A stretch of 64,000 nucleotides of DNA from Candidatus Zixiibacteriota bacterium (GCA_024277855.1 JAJRUJ010000082.1:3537-67536); one strand, 5' to 3'; positions 47,928 to 57,735 are shown, numbered from the stretch's first letter. The notes: generated by a model not told the origin, from the sequence alone. Made by a program: numbers and translations.

Positions 47928-49031
47928 TTATCGACGTGAACCCTCTTTATAAAACGGCGGCTTGACGATCCGGCAGGCGCAGGCGCGTCCACGGATGTCA
48001 ACTGCCAGTTCGGTCCCCACTTTGGTCAACCCCCGGCGGACATAGGCGGTACCGATCCCTTTGGCCAGCGAAGGGGAATGGATACCCGAAGCGACCGAGC
48101 CGACTTTTTCACCGTCGTTGACGACATCGTACCCGTGACGGGGAATCGCCCGGTCGATCATCTCAAAACAGACCAGCCGCCGCGTCGGTTTATCGGCCTT
48201 GGTCTGCATGATCGGCCCTTTGCCGATAAAATCGCCCTTGTCGGGTTTGACCACCCAGCTTAAACCGGCTTCAATCGGGTTGGTCGTCTGATCGATGTCG
48301 TTGCCGTAAAGACAATATTTCATCTCGAGCCGCAAAGAATCCCGCGCACCCAGCCCAACCGGAACGAGGCCGAATTCCTCCCCGGCGGCCCGGACCGCAT
48401 CCCAGAAATGTTCGGCGTCGGCGGCGTCAAGATACAACTCGAAACCATCCTCACCGGTATACCCGGTGCGGGAGAAAAGAATTTTCCGGCCGCAGACCTC
48501 GGCCTCGGCCGACCGATAGAAACCAATCGCATCAAGGTCGACGTCGGTAAGTTTAGCCATGACCTTCTGGGCATCCGGTCCCTGGATCGCCAACAGGCCG
48601 GTCTGCTCAGAGATATTTTCGAGTTGGACATTGTCGGGTTTATGATCGTTGAGCCAGGCAAGGTCTTTCTCGACATTGGACCCATTGACCACGAGGTAGT
48701 AGCGATCAGGCAACTTGTAGACCAGCAGGTCGTCAACGATCCCGCCGTGTTCATAACAGAGGATACTGTATTGTACTTTGTAATCGGTCAGGGCGGCAAC
48801 ATCGTTGGTGGTCATCCGCTGAAGGAAGTCGAAAGCCCCCGTCCCGCTGACGATGAATTCACCCATGTGGGAAAGGTCGAACATCCCGACCGCACTGCGC
48901 ACTGCCTTGTGTTCGCCGACGATGCTGGTGTATTGCACCGGCATGGTATACCCGGCAAACTCCACCATTTTGGCCCCGGCGGCAAGATTACGCGCATAGA
49001 ACGGTGTTTTTTTTAATTCAGTCGTCGTCAT
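47928..49031 (-). CDS. gcvT: Glycine cleavage system aminomethyltransferase T
   Basis: MVEFAGY.MPVQY, FDLSHMGE, SRTGYTGEDGFE and GLGARDSLRLE motifs. Confidence 0.98.
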   Translation of the reverse strand: MTTTELKKTPFYARNLAAGAKMVEFAGYTMPVQYTSIVGEHKAVRSAVGMFDLSHMGEFIVSGTGAFDFLQRMTTNDVAALTDYKVQYSILCYEHGGIVDDLLVYKLPDRYYLVVNGSNVEKDLAWLNDHKPDNVQLENISEQTGLLAIQGPDAQKVMAKLTDVDLDAIGFYRSAEAEVCGRKILFSRTGYTGEDGFELYLDAADAEHFWDAVRAAGEEFGLVPVGLGARDSLRLEMKYCLYGNDIDQTTNPIEAGLSWVVKPDKGDFIGKGPIMQTKADKPTRRLVCFEMIDRAIPRHGYDVVNDGEKVGSVASGIHSPSLAKGIGTAYVRRGLTKVGTELAVDIRGRACACRIVKPPFYKEGSRR

Positions 49032-49152
49032 CGTCTCACTCGGTCTTTCTCTGCGCAATTAACATACCTCGGGGGACGACATTCGGCAACGAAAGTCGTC
49101 CCCCGTCATGTATTATCCGCTTTTATTCCTGAGCGGACATCGCGGCCGCGAA

Positions 49153-51081
49153 TCAGGCCTGCTTGCTCTTGGTATAGTTTAACAGCCCGCCGGCAAAGAG
49201 GATTTCTTTCTGCCGGGGAGTGAACGCATAGGTCACCGTAAAGGTGGTACCCTGCGTCTCATTTTTTACAGTCAAATCTTCGCCTGCCCTAATTTTCTCA
49301 CCGGCCTTTTCCAGGACCAGCCGGTCGCCGTCGTTGAGTTTGTCCAGATCGGCCGGGTCTTTGAAAGTCAGCGGAAGAATCCCGAAGTTAATCAGGTTGT
49401 CGCGATGAATCCGGGCAAAGGACTTGGAGATGACCGCCTTCACCCCGAGATACATCGGCGCGAGCGCGGCGTGTTCACGAGACGATCCCTGGCCATAGTT
49501 TTCACCGCCAACGACGATACCCCCGCCTTTTTCCTGGGCGCGGTCGGCGAAGGTTGAGTCCATCCGGTAGAAAACAAACTTGGAGATCGCCGGGATGTTC
49601 GACCGCAACGGGAGAATATGCGCACCGGCCGGCATGATATGATCGGTGGTGATATTATCTCCGACTTTGAGCAGAATATCACCAAAGACGGTATCAGTCA
49701 GCGGTTTTTGTTGGGGAAGGGGCTGGATATTCGGGCCACGGACGATCTCGACTTTGGCGCCGTCCTCTGCCGGGGGAAGAATGCCTGAGTCGTCGATAGC
49801 GATTTCGGTCGGGAGTTCGAACTTGGGCATCTTCCCCAGATCGCGCGGGTCGGTAATTTTACCGGTCAGGGCGCAGGCGGCGCAGGTTTCCGGCGAAGCC
49901 AGGTAGACCTGGGCATCCTTGGTGCCGGAGCGGCCGATAAAGTTCCGATTGAACGACCGGATTGTCGTGGCGCCCGAGGGCGGCGCCTGCCCCATGCCGA
50001 TACATGGTCCACAGGCCGACTCAATAATCCGCGCACCGGACATGATAATATCGGTGAGTGCGCCGTTGGCTGAGATCGCGGCAAAAACCTGCTTGGAGCC
50101 CGGCGTGACGGTCATACTCAAGCCGGGGTTGACTGCTTTGCCGCGCAAAATCGCGGCGGTAACCATCAAATCATGCAATGAAGAATTAGTGCAGGAACCG
50201 ACACAGACCTGGTCGACTTTTTTCCCGGCAATTTCCCTCACGGTGACCACATTGTCCGGCGAATGCGGCATCGCAATCATCGGTTCGAGTTTGGTCAGGT
50301 CGATAGTGATCTCTTCGTCGTAGGTCGCATCGGGATCGGCGGTGAGTTCGGACCAGTCTGCTTCGCGTTTTTGCAATTTGAGAAATGCTTTGGTTTTCTC
50401 ATCCGAGGGGAAAATCGAGGTCGTCGCGCCCAACTCCGCCCCCATATTAGTCACCGTCGCCCGTTCGGGCACCGAGAGGGTGGCCACACCGGGACCGCCA
50501 TACTCGACAATCCGACCGACTCCGCCCTTGACCGACAATCGACGCAGGACTTCGAGAATAATATCTTTGGCGGTGACCCAGGGCTGCAACCTGCCTTCCA
50601 GACTTACATGCAGGACCTTGGGCATGATGATATGAAACGACCCGCCGCCCATGGCAACTGCAACATCCAGACCGCCGGCGCCCATCGCCAACATCCCCAA
50701 ACCGCCATTAGTCGGTGTATGCGAGTCCGAACCAAGGAGCGTTTTGCCCGGTACGCCGAAACGTTCGAGATGCACCTGGTGGCAGATACCGTTGCCCGGA
50801 CGAGAGAAATAGATGCCGAATTTCGCAGCCACCGATTGCAGATAACGATGGTCATCGGCGTTTTCGAAACCGGCCTGCAACATATTGTGATCGACATACG
50901 ACACCGACCGCTCGGTCTTGACTTTATCAAGCCCCATCGCTTCAAATTGCAAATACGCCATCGTGCCGGTGGCGTCCTGTGTCAGCGTCTGATCGATCTT
51001 GAGGGCAACATCGCTGCCGACAGTCATCTCGCCGGAAACCTTATGCGCGGCAATGATTTTCTCTACAATATTTTGTCCCAT
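49153..51081 (-). CDS. Aconitate hydratase (642-aa 'putative aconitase' type)
   Basis: QDATGT, DHN, GNGICHQVHLE, GSDSHT, GSCTNSS, CGPCIGMG, ITTDHI and NYGQGSSREHAA motifs. Confidence 0.93.
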   Translation of the reverse strand: MGQNIVEKIIAAHKVSGEMTVGSDVALKIDQTLTQDATGTMAYLQFEAMGLDKVKTERSVSYVDHNMLQAGFENADDHRYLQSVAAKFGIYFSRPGNGICHQVHLERFGVPGKTLLGSDSHTPTNGGLGMLAMGAGGLDVAVAMGGGSFHIIMPKVLHVSLEGRLQPWVTAKDIILEVLRRLSVKGGVGRIVEYGGPGVATLSVPERATVTNMGAELGATTSIFPSDEKTKAFLKLQKREADWSELTADPDATYDEEITIDLTKLEPMIAMPHSPDNVVTVREIAGKKVDQVCVGSCTNSSLHDLMVTAAILRGKAVNPGLSMTVTPGSKQVFAAISANGALTDIIMSGARIIESACGPCIGMGQAPPSGATTIRSFNRNFIGRSGTKDAQVYLASPETCAACALTGKITDPRDLGKMPKFELPTEIAIDDSGILPPAEDGAKVEIVRGPNIQPLPQQKPLTDTVFGDILLKVGDNITTDHIMPAGAHILPLRSNIPAISKFVFYRMDSTFADRAQEKGGGIVVGGENYGQGSSREHAALAPMYLGVKAVISKSFARIHRDNLINFGILPLTFKDPADLDKLNDGDRLVLEKAGEKIRAGEDLTVKNETQGTTFTVTYAFTPRQKEILFAGGLLNYTKSKQA

Positions 51082-51386
51082 TTCAGCCTTCCCGCTTGGA
51101 GGTCAACACTTGACGATGCGGTCTTACAACCTTTATGGACAATACGTGATCCGGTCTGTAACGGTCAAACTGTTTCTCGGAAACAACCTACGGGGCTGTC
51201 AATAACTTCGCCAATGCAGGTCGGCCGGATTCCGGCGGCGATTTTCCGGAACAATATTACTTCAGCGGGGATTATCTCGTACCCTCTCCCGTATAATCTG
51301 TCGCTTGATTTTTTTTGGTCGCGGTGAATAAAACCGCCGCAGGCAGTAAACTTCTAAATCTCTTCAGAAGATAACATATTCCTTAA

Positions 51387-51409
51387 TCTGAATAAACCGA
51401 TTATTCAGA
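51387..51409. promoter_or_regulatory. Operator-like inverted repeat in an AT-rich intergenic region
   Basis: TCTGAATAA-ACCGA-TTATTCAGA: perfect 9-bp arms between the divergent aconitase and MerR genes. Confidence 0.45.
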
Positions 51410-51552
51410 CATGAAAAACAAGTGGATCATAAAACATAAGACATTGACTATCATAACTATAAGAAAATAAACTCATCGACGCCCAAAAAAATAAAACTCT
51501 GTAGTGCGGTCTTGTGCGTATACGAATTGAACCTTTTATGGAGGCCTTTACC

Positions 51553-51978
51553 GTGAGTAAACGCAAATCAGAGGGGACATTGACCATCGGGCAGGTCGCT
51601 CAGCTCGCGGGTGTCGGTGTCGAAACCGTGCGGTTCTACGAACGGCAGGGATTGGTTGAAGATCCGCCGAGGACCAAGTCCGGTTACCGGCAGTACTCGA
51701 GCGGCGTGATCGACCGGATTCGTTTTATTAAGCAGTCGCGGGCGTTGGGATTTTCGCTTAAAGAAACTAAGGAGTTGCTCAACTTGCGCCTTAAGACAAA
51801 ATCCACGCGAGGTGAAGTCAAGAAGCGGGCTGAGGCGAAGATGGCCGAAATCAACGAAAAGATCCAGAGTCTGAAACGCATGGAAGACGCGTTGCGCAAA
51901 CTTGTCGCGGCCTGCAGTGGAAACGGCCCGGCGATCGAATCGCCGATCCTGGACGCGCTTGAACCTCAGGGGAAATAA
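51553..51978 (+). CDS. MerR-family (Hg/heavy-metal clade) regulator lacking two of three metal-binding Cys
   Basis: LTIGQVA..AGVGVETVRFYERQGL...RT.SGYRQY, RIRFIK....LGFSL.E. KSTRGEV and AIESPIL replace the usual xxC and xCPI motifs. Confidence 0.88.
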   Translation: MSKRKSEGTLTIGQVAQLAGVGVETVRFYERQGLVEDPPRTKSGYRQYSSGVIDRIRFIKQSRALGFSLKETKELLNLRLKTKSTRGEVKKRAEAKMAEINEKIQSLKRMEDALRKLVAACSGNGPAIESPILDALEPQGK

Positions 51979-52171
51979 GGAGCGCCCCCCAGGCAATTGG
52001 GCGGGACTTTTTTGCGTACAATCCACCGCTATACTTCGTGATTCCCGCAGACAGGAACGCTGATCATCGGTAAACGCCGACTCTTTGGAGTCAGGTGTAC
52101 AGGGTAAGGTCTTGTTCGCCGGTCGGAATTGTCTTTTATCGTAAATTACCTTCGGTTATCTTATCTCAGCA

Positions 52172-52822
52172 ATGACGAAAATGAGCAACGCTGACAGACG
52201 GCAGGAGTTTTCGTTACAACTGGAGGGCGTGTCCCGGCGGTTCGGACCGAGGATAATCTGTGCCGATGTTTCCCTCTCATTGCAACAAGGCGACTGCCTT
52301 GCGGTTGTCGGGCCGAATGGTTCGGGCAAATCAACATTCTTAAAGATGCTGGGCGGTCTGCTACGGCCGGACTCGGGCACAATTTCCTATTTCAATCAGG
52401 GACAGACGGTTCGCCGTGAACACTGGTTTTCCTATGTCAGTCTGGTCGCCCCCGATCTGGCGCTCTATGCCGAACTGACCGCGCGGGAAAACCTGACCTT
52501 CTTCAATAAAATCGGGGGCTGGGGAAAATCGGGCGATGACTTGCTTACGCTGATCGATGATCTCGGCCTTGGCGGTCGGGCCGACGACCTCGTGGGGACA
52601 TTTTCCTCGGGAATGAAACAACGGCTCAAATATGCCGCCGCGCTGGTCAAGGACCCTCCCCTGTTACTGCTTGATGAACCGACTTCCAATTTTGACGAGG
52701 CCGGGCGGGCGATATTTATAAAAATTCTCAATCAATGCCGCTCGACAGGAATTGTCGTAATTGCAACCAATGACGCACAGGAGGCCGAGTTTGCCGGGCA
52801 GCAAGTCGTCATGGGCGGTTAA
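52172..52822 (+). CDS. ccmA: Heme export ABC ATPase CcmA
   Basis: GPNGSGKST, FSSGMKQRL, LLLDEP motifs; upstream of ccmBC. Confidence 0.88.
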   Translation: MTKMSNADRRQEFSLQLEGVSRRFGPRIICADVSLSLQQGDCLAVVGPNGSGKSTFLKMLGGLLRPDSGTISYFNQGQTVRREHWFSYVSLVAPDLALYAELTARENLTFFNKIGGWGKSGDDLLTLIDDLGLGGRADDLVGTFSSGMKQRLKYAAALVKDPPLLLLDEPTSNFDEAGRAIFIKILNQCRSTGIVVIATNDAQEAEFAGQQVVMGG

Positions 52823-53471
52823 AATTGTCGCGGTGCTGGTTAAGGACCTCCGCGCCGAATACCGCACGCGCTATGCGGTCAATGCGATCTTTTTATTCGC
52901 CCTGACCACACTGGCGGCGGTCTCGTTTTCGCTGGGTGCCGGGGGGATTCCCGGACATTATCTCGCGGTGCTTTTCTGGATTATTTTGTTTTTCTCCGCC
53001 CTTTCCGGTCTGGCCCAGAGCTTTGTCAAAGAGGCCGAAACCGGCACAGCGGTTTCCCTAAAACTCAACGCCGCCGATGATGCGGTTTTTTTCGGTAAAT
53101 GGTTATTTAACCTAATACTGTTATTGGGATTGGAGTGTTTCCTCGTCCCGTTGTTTCTGGTACTGTTGAATGCCGATGTTGCTCGCTGGCCGCTGTTTCT
53201 TGGTGTAGTCCTGCTCGGTAGTCTGGGGATGGTTTCGGCCACGACGTTGATTGCGGCGGTGATTGCCACGGCCGGGGTCCGGGGGGCCTTATTTTCGGTA
53301 TTGGCCCTGCCGATTCTACTGCCGCTGTTGGTCCCGCTGGTCCGGGTTACCGAATACTGCTTTTTGGCGGATTCAGTAGCGGGGAGCGACGAACTGACCG
53401 TCCTGGCGGCCTATGCCGTGGTGGCAACAGTGGTCGGCTGGCTGCTGTTCCCGTTTGTCTGGCGGGATTAG
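52761..53471 (+). CDS. ccmB: Heme export permease CcmB
   Basis: KDLRAEYRTR, six TM helices, E.ETGT...L, and L..VLALPILLPLL. Start uncertain. Confidence 0.9.
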   Translation: MQPMTHRRPSLPGSKSSWAVKIVAVLVKDLRAEYRTRYAVNAIFLFALTTLAAVSFSLGAGGIPGHYLAVLFWIILFFSALSGLAQSFVKEAETGTAVSLKLNAADDAVFFGKWLFNLILLLGLECFLVPLFLVLLNADVARWPLFLGVVLLGSLGMVSATTLIAAVIATAGVRGALFSVLALPILLPLLVPLVRVTEYCFLADSVAGSDELTVLAAYAVVATVVGWLLFPFVWRD

Positions 53472-53580
53472 CGCAGATGGCAAATAAATATAACGGATTT
53501 GTACTATCCTGTTTTGACACCAACTTATTGCACGTCGAGATCGTGTAATATATTTTGCCGGCGGGGATTGGATCGAGACT

Positions 53581-54273
53581 ATGTGGTGGAAATATCTAAT
53601 CGGTTTGCTGATGACTGGGATGATCATCGCCGTGTTTACGCTGCCCCCGCCGCAAACGGTTATCGGCGACGCCTCGCGTATTTTCTTCTTTCATGTACCC
53701 GCGGCTTTATTGGGGTTTCTCTCCTTTGCCGCGGCCGCGATCTTTGGGGTTATCTATCTGAAAAACCGACAACCGTCGGCTGATCGCCGGGCGGCGGTTG
53801 CCGCGGAGATTGGGCTGACCGCCACGGTGATCGCCACGATCAGCGGTGCGATTTTTGCCAAGGTAACCTGGGGCGCCTATTGGAACTGGGATCCGAGGCA
53901 GACGACCATTCTCGGGGTGTTATTGATTTATGCCGCCTATTTTGCCTTGCGCCAGGCCGTTGCCGACCGACAAGCCCGGGCGCGCTTATCGGCGGTTTAT
54001 ATTTTAGTCGGCGGCGCGATCGCCCCGTTTTTGTTTTTTGTCCTGCCGCGATTGTATTCCTCACTGCATCCGAAAGATTCGCTCGTTTCGGGACAGGGCC
54101 AGTTTGTCCTGACCCTGCCGGTAGCCCTGACCTTTGCCGCCTCGTTGATCGCTTTCACCCTGTTGGGGCTTTGGCTTTTCCAATTGGCTGACCGCGCCGA
54201 ACGTATCAAAGAAGAGTTGGAAATCAAGGGAGATTATACCCGATTACCTCGAACTATACCGTATTGGCCGTAA
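53581..54273 (+). CDS. ccmC: Cytochrome c biogenesis protein CcmC
   Basis: RIFFFHVPAA, the WWD domain WGAYWNWDPRQT, and LHP. Confidence 0.93.
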   Translation: MWWKYLIGLLMTGMIIAVFTLPPPQTVIGDASRIFFFHVPAALLGFLSFAAAAIFGVIYLKNRQPSADRRAAVAAEIGLTATVIATISGAIFAKVTWGAYWNWDPRQTTILGVLLIYAAYFALRQAVADRQARARLSAVYILVGGAIAPFLFFVLPRLYSSLHPKDSLVSGQGQFVLTLPVALTFAASLIAFTLLGLWLFQLADRAERIKEELEIKGDYTRLPRTIPYWP

Positions 54274-54350
54274 CGTTGCTGACCTGGGCAGGGTTATTTA
54301 TCTATCTGCTCAAGCTCGACCACGGGATCAAACGTCTGGAAAAGAAATGA
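54243..54350 (+). CDS. ccmD: CcmD small membrane protein (below ORF-track size; no ATG)
   Basis: Frame reads ITSNYTVLAVTLLTWAGLFIYLLKLDHGIKRLEKK*, with TGA overlapping the ccmE ATG. One TM helix plus charged tail, between ccmC and ccmE. The start may be ATT 54243 or TTG 54264. Confidence 0.75.
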   Translation: MTSNYTVLAVTLLTWAGLFIYLLKLDHGIKRLEKK

Positions 54351-54763
54351 ATAAGCGACTGATTATCGGTGGGGCGATCATCCTGATCGCGGTGCTGCTG
54401 GCTTTCTCCGCATTTAAGGGGTCGTTGACGGCCTATGTCGACTATGACGAAGCCCGGCAACTGAATCGTAACTGCCAGGTGATGGGTGAGATTGTCAAGG
54501 AGCATGTGAATTACGACCTCTCTTCGGGGACCCTGCAATTCCCGATTACCGATGAATCCGGCAATATCATGCAGGTCAGTTATGCCGGTTTGGTGCCCGG
54601 CAATTTCGAGCAAGCCAGTAGCGTGGTGGCAATCGGCCGCTACCGGGACGATCGGTTTGAGGCCAACCAACTGCTGGTCAAGTGTCCCTCCAAGTATCAG
54701 GGGCTGGAAGAGCAGGGCGAGGAAAACCCGCACGAGGCAAAAATTAAAACCGGCGGGGCATGA
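54347..54763 (+). CDS. ccmE: Heme chaperone CcmE, CxxxY variant
   Basis: N-terminal TM helix, V.Y.G..P.NF....VVA.G, and LLVKCPSKY. Confidence 0.93.
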   Translation: MNKRLIIGGAIILIAVLLAFSAFKGSLTAYVDYDEARQLNRNCQVMGEIVKEHVNYDLSSGTLQFPITDESGNIMQVSYAGLVPGNFEQASSVVAIGRYRDDRFEANQLLVKCPSKYQGLEEQGEENPHEAKIKTGGA

Positions 54764-54773
54764 ATTTCGGGGT

Positions 54774-55409
54774 ATGACGATGGAACTATTCCGGCATAAT
54801 TCCGGCCGTTATGCAGTATCATCGGTGTTGGATGAGTTACAGACCGGTATCCATCAGCGCATAGATGAGTTGTTTGCCCAAAACGACCGCCTGGCCCGGC
54901 GAATTGTCACCCTGGAACATCTCTGCCTGGCCGGCGGCGGGTTACGCGCCACGAACGATCTTCAGACTTTCCTTAACTCCGCCGTACAATTGACCCATGA
55001 AATAACCGGCGCGGCCGGCGTTGCGGTGACGGCCGCCGAGGACCTTGACGCGGCCGGTTTGACCTTGCAGGCCTGGGCGGGGATCGAACCGGATGAACCC
55101 GACGATCTGCATTTTAATGCCAACGATCCGGTCTATACTGCATTGGCCAAAATCGAACAACCGATTAAAATCTCGGACTTGGTCGGCAAGGCCGGGCCGC
55201 GCTCGAAAAAGCGGGCGATTCTCCGCCGACTGGGCTGCCACCTGGTATTGCCCCTGCGGGGACGTAAGCGTTTTCTCGGCCTGATTTTCCTTACCAAACG
55301 ACCGGCAGGAGACGCATACTCGGCCGATGATCTTCGGCTGTTTGCCGCCTGTGCCGCGTTGATCGCCCTCGCGATGGAAAACCTCCTGCTCCAACAGGCG
55401 AATGATTGA
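54774..55409 (+). CDS. Stand-alone GAF-domain protein
   Basis: N-terminal coiled coil, then LVLPLRGRKRFLGLIFL...YSADDLRLF..CA...ALA.EN. Confidence 0.7.
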   Translation: MTMELFRHNSGRYAVSSVLDELQTGIHQRIDELFAQNDRLARRIVTLEHLCLAGGGLRATNDLQTFLNSAVQLTHEITGAAGVAVTAAEDLDAAGLTLQAWAGIEPDEPDDLHFNANDPVYTALAKIEQPIKISDLVGKAGPRSKKRAILRRLGCHLVLPLRGRKRFLGLIFLTKRPAGDAYSADDLRLFAACAALIALAMENLLLQQAND

Positions 55410-55566
55410 GTACTCTGTTCTGTATCTCAGACCAATTATCGATTCCCCGGCGTAATTCTCGTTTGGACAGGCATTCCGGTCGGCAGTCCGGCTGTTCATT
55501 TCTGCTTGTCCGCCGATATAATTAGCAGGCGGCGGATTATTGCATTGGAGAAAGCAGGTCTGATCG

Positions 55567-57735
55567 ATGGAACAGAATATGACCACTCGTCCCGGGATCA
55601 ATCGGCGGTCGTCGATTACCGCGCCCGACCCCCCGGGCAATGTACGAGTGCTGGTGGTCGACTCCGAAAACGAGCATGGCCATACGATTTCCGATGTATT
55701 CCCCACCGACCGGATCGGCATCGAGTATGCCGTAACCACCGATTCGGCTTTCCGTCTGCTGACCGAGCAAAGCTTTCAGGCCGCATTGATTGAGGCAGGC
55801 AGCGAGCAGATCGACACCTTCGCGATTATGCGTCGGATTCGCCGTCGGTATCCCGACTGCCCGGTGATCGTCACCGCCGCCGCACCCGGCGTTGAGACAG
55901 TGATTACCGCGGTAAAAGAGGGCGCCGATGATTTTTTAATCAAGCCGCTCGACCGGATCGAACTCCGACTGGCAATCCAGCGGGCGATGGAACACAACCG
56001 GCTCCGGAGCGCCAAAAGCAAACTGCTCGAATCCGGGCATGAAAGAAATATCGACCTGTCACGGCGCATCGCCGAGTTAAATGCCCTGGCCGACGCCGCG
56101 GCGGTCTTGTCCTCCACCGACGAGATTTCCGTTTTATTGGAAACAATCCTTAAGCTGGCGACCAGGGTCACGCTGGCCCGCCACGGTTCAATCATGCTGC
56201 TTGAAGACGGCGGTGAATCACTCTCGATCAAGGCCGCAGTCGGCGCGCAGACCGAGAACCTGCGTGACATCACCCTGCCGGTCGGAGATTCGATCGCCGG
56301 CTGGGTGGCCCGGCGCGGTGAAGCGTTAAAGATCGATGATGTTGAAAGCAACGAAATGTTCGGCCATGTCAACCGTCAGCAGTATGTCACCAAATCACTG
56401 CTGTCGGTACCCTTGAAAACGCCGAGCAAAATAGTCGGTGTAATCAACCTCTCGGACAAATCGGACGGCGAGCCGTTTACGAAGTGGGACCTGCGCCTGT
56501 TGCGTACGTTCGCCGCACAGGCATCGGTGGCGCTCGACGATGCCGAACAGTTTCAGAAAAACCGCCGCAAACTGGCCGAAATTACCGCCCTCTATGAAAT
56601 CTCACGGAAAATCCCGACCGTAACCAGCCCCGATAAAATGGCTGAGATTATCTTCAACGGCCTCGACGCGCTCGTGGACTGCGAGGCCAAAATCTGGCTC
56701 GAGCCCAATCCCGACACCGGCGAATTTGTCGCGGTGCGGATCGACAGCGACTGGGGTGATCTATTACGGCAGGGCGATTTGACAATCGAGCCGCCGGACA
56801 ATAATTGCACCGATGAGAATGCGATTATTGCGCATGTTCGGAAGTCCTTTCTGCAGGCCATTTCACCGGGAATCGCCCCGGAATCGATTCTGGTCACACC
56901 GGTTGGTGAGGGCGGCGACGGGGTGACGGCCCTGCGCGGAGTGATTGTGTTATTGTCGCTTCGGCCCCAGGCCTTTGATGATCATAGTACGCGGTTGGTC
57001 CGGTTGGCCGCCGCCCAGGCGGCGATGCTCTATGAGCGCAAGAAGGCCATGCTCAATGCCTCGCGGCTGGTGACGATGGGCAAGATGATTTCAGAAATTT
57101 CTCACGATCTACGCAAACCGTTGACCAATGTCAAAGGCGCCCTGCAAATCGTGCGGACCAAGCACAAAACCAGCAAGAAAACCAATGAAGTGCTCGAATC
57201 TACCGAGGGTGAAATCGACCGTCTGGCGGCGCTGGTTGCCGAATTAGTCGACTTTTCCAATCCCAAAAAATACCTGACTAAAAAAAGGCCGCTCAAGCCG
57301 GTAATCGATCGGGCATTGCGAATGGTCACTAAAGACGCCCACGAGAAAAACCTGACGATCGATGTCCAGGTCAACGAAACACTGCCGCCGTTTTTTCATG
57401 ACGAGAACCAAATTCTGGAAGTTTTACTCAATTTGATTCTGAACGCTTTCGAGAGTATGGACGGCGGGGGAACGTTAACCGTTCGCGCCGATGTCCGCCG
57501 TGATCCGGCAACCGGGACCGACAGTATCTGCCTGGAAATCTGTGACACCGGTTGCGGCATCCCCCGGAAAGACCTCGCCCGGATTTTCGAGCGATATCAT
57601 ACAACGCGAGAAAACGGCACTGGTTTGGGGCTGGCGATTGTCGAGCGGATCGTCCTGGCCCATGAGGGAACAATCGAGGTCGAATCTGAACCGGGACACA
57701 CAGTTTTCCGCCTGCTTTTCCCGTTGCAAACCTAA
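55567..57735 (+). CDS. Hybrid sensor histidine kinase (degenerate REC-GAF-HisKA-HATPase)
   Basis: REC-like N-terminus, GAF (LLSVPL...VGVINLSDK), H-box ISHDLRKPL, N-box LNLILNA, DTGCGI and GTGLGL. Confidence 0.93.
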   Translation: MEQNMTTRPGINRRSSITAPDPPGNVRVLVVDSENEHGHTISDVFPTDRIGIEYAVTTDSAFRLLTEQSFQAALIEAGSEQIDTFAIMRRIRRRYPDCPVIVTAAAPGVETVITAVKEGADDFLIKPLDRIELRLAIQRAMEHNRLRSAKSKLLESGHERNIDLSRRIAELNALADAAAVLSSTDEISVLLETILKLATRVTLARHGSIMLLEDGGESLSIKAAVGAQTENLRDITLPVGDSIAGWVARRGEALKIDDVESNEMFGHVNRQQYVTKSLLSVPLKTPSKIVGVINLSDKSDGEPFTKWDLRLLRTFAAQASVALDDAEQFQKNRRKLAEITALYEISRKIPTVTSPDKMAEIIFNGLDALVDCEAKIWLEPNPDTGEFVAVRIDSDWGDLLRQGDLTIEPPDNNCTDENAIIAHVRKSFLQAISPGIAPESILVTPVGEGGDGVTALRGVIVLLSLRPQAFDDHSTRLVRLAAAQAAMLYERKKAMLNASRLVTMGKMISEISHDLRKPLTNVKGALQIVRTKHKTSKKTNEVLESTEGEIDRLAALVAELVDFSNPKKYLTKKRPLKPVIDRALRMVTKDAHEKNLTIDVQVNETLPPFFHDENQILEVLLNLILNAFESMDGGGTLTVRADVRRDPATGTDSICLEICDTGCGIPRKDLARIFERYHTTRENGTGLGLAIVERIVLAHEGTIEVESEPGHTVFRLLFPLQT

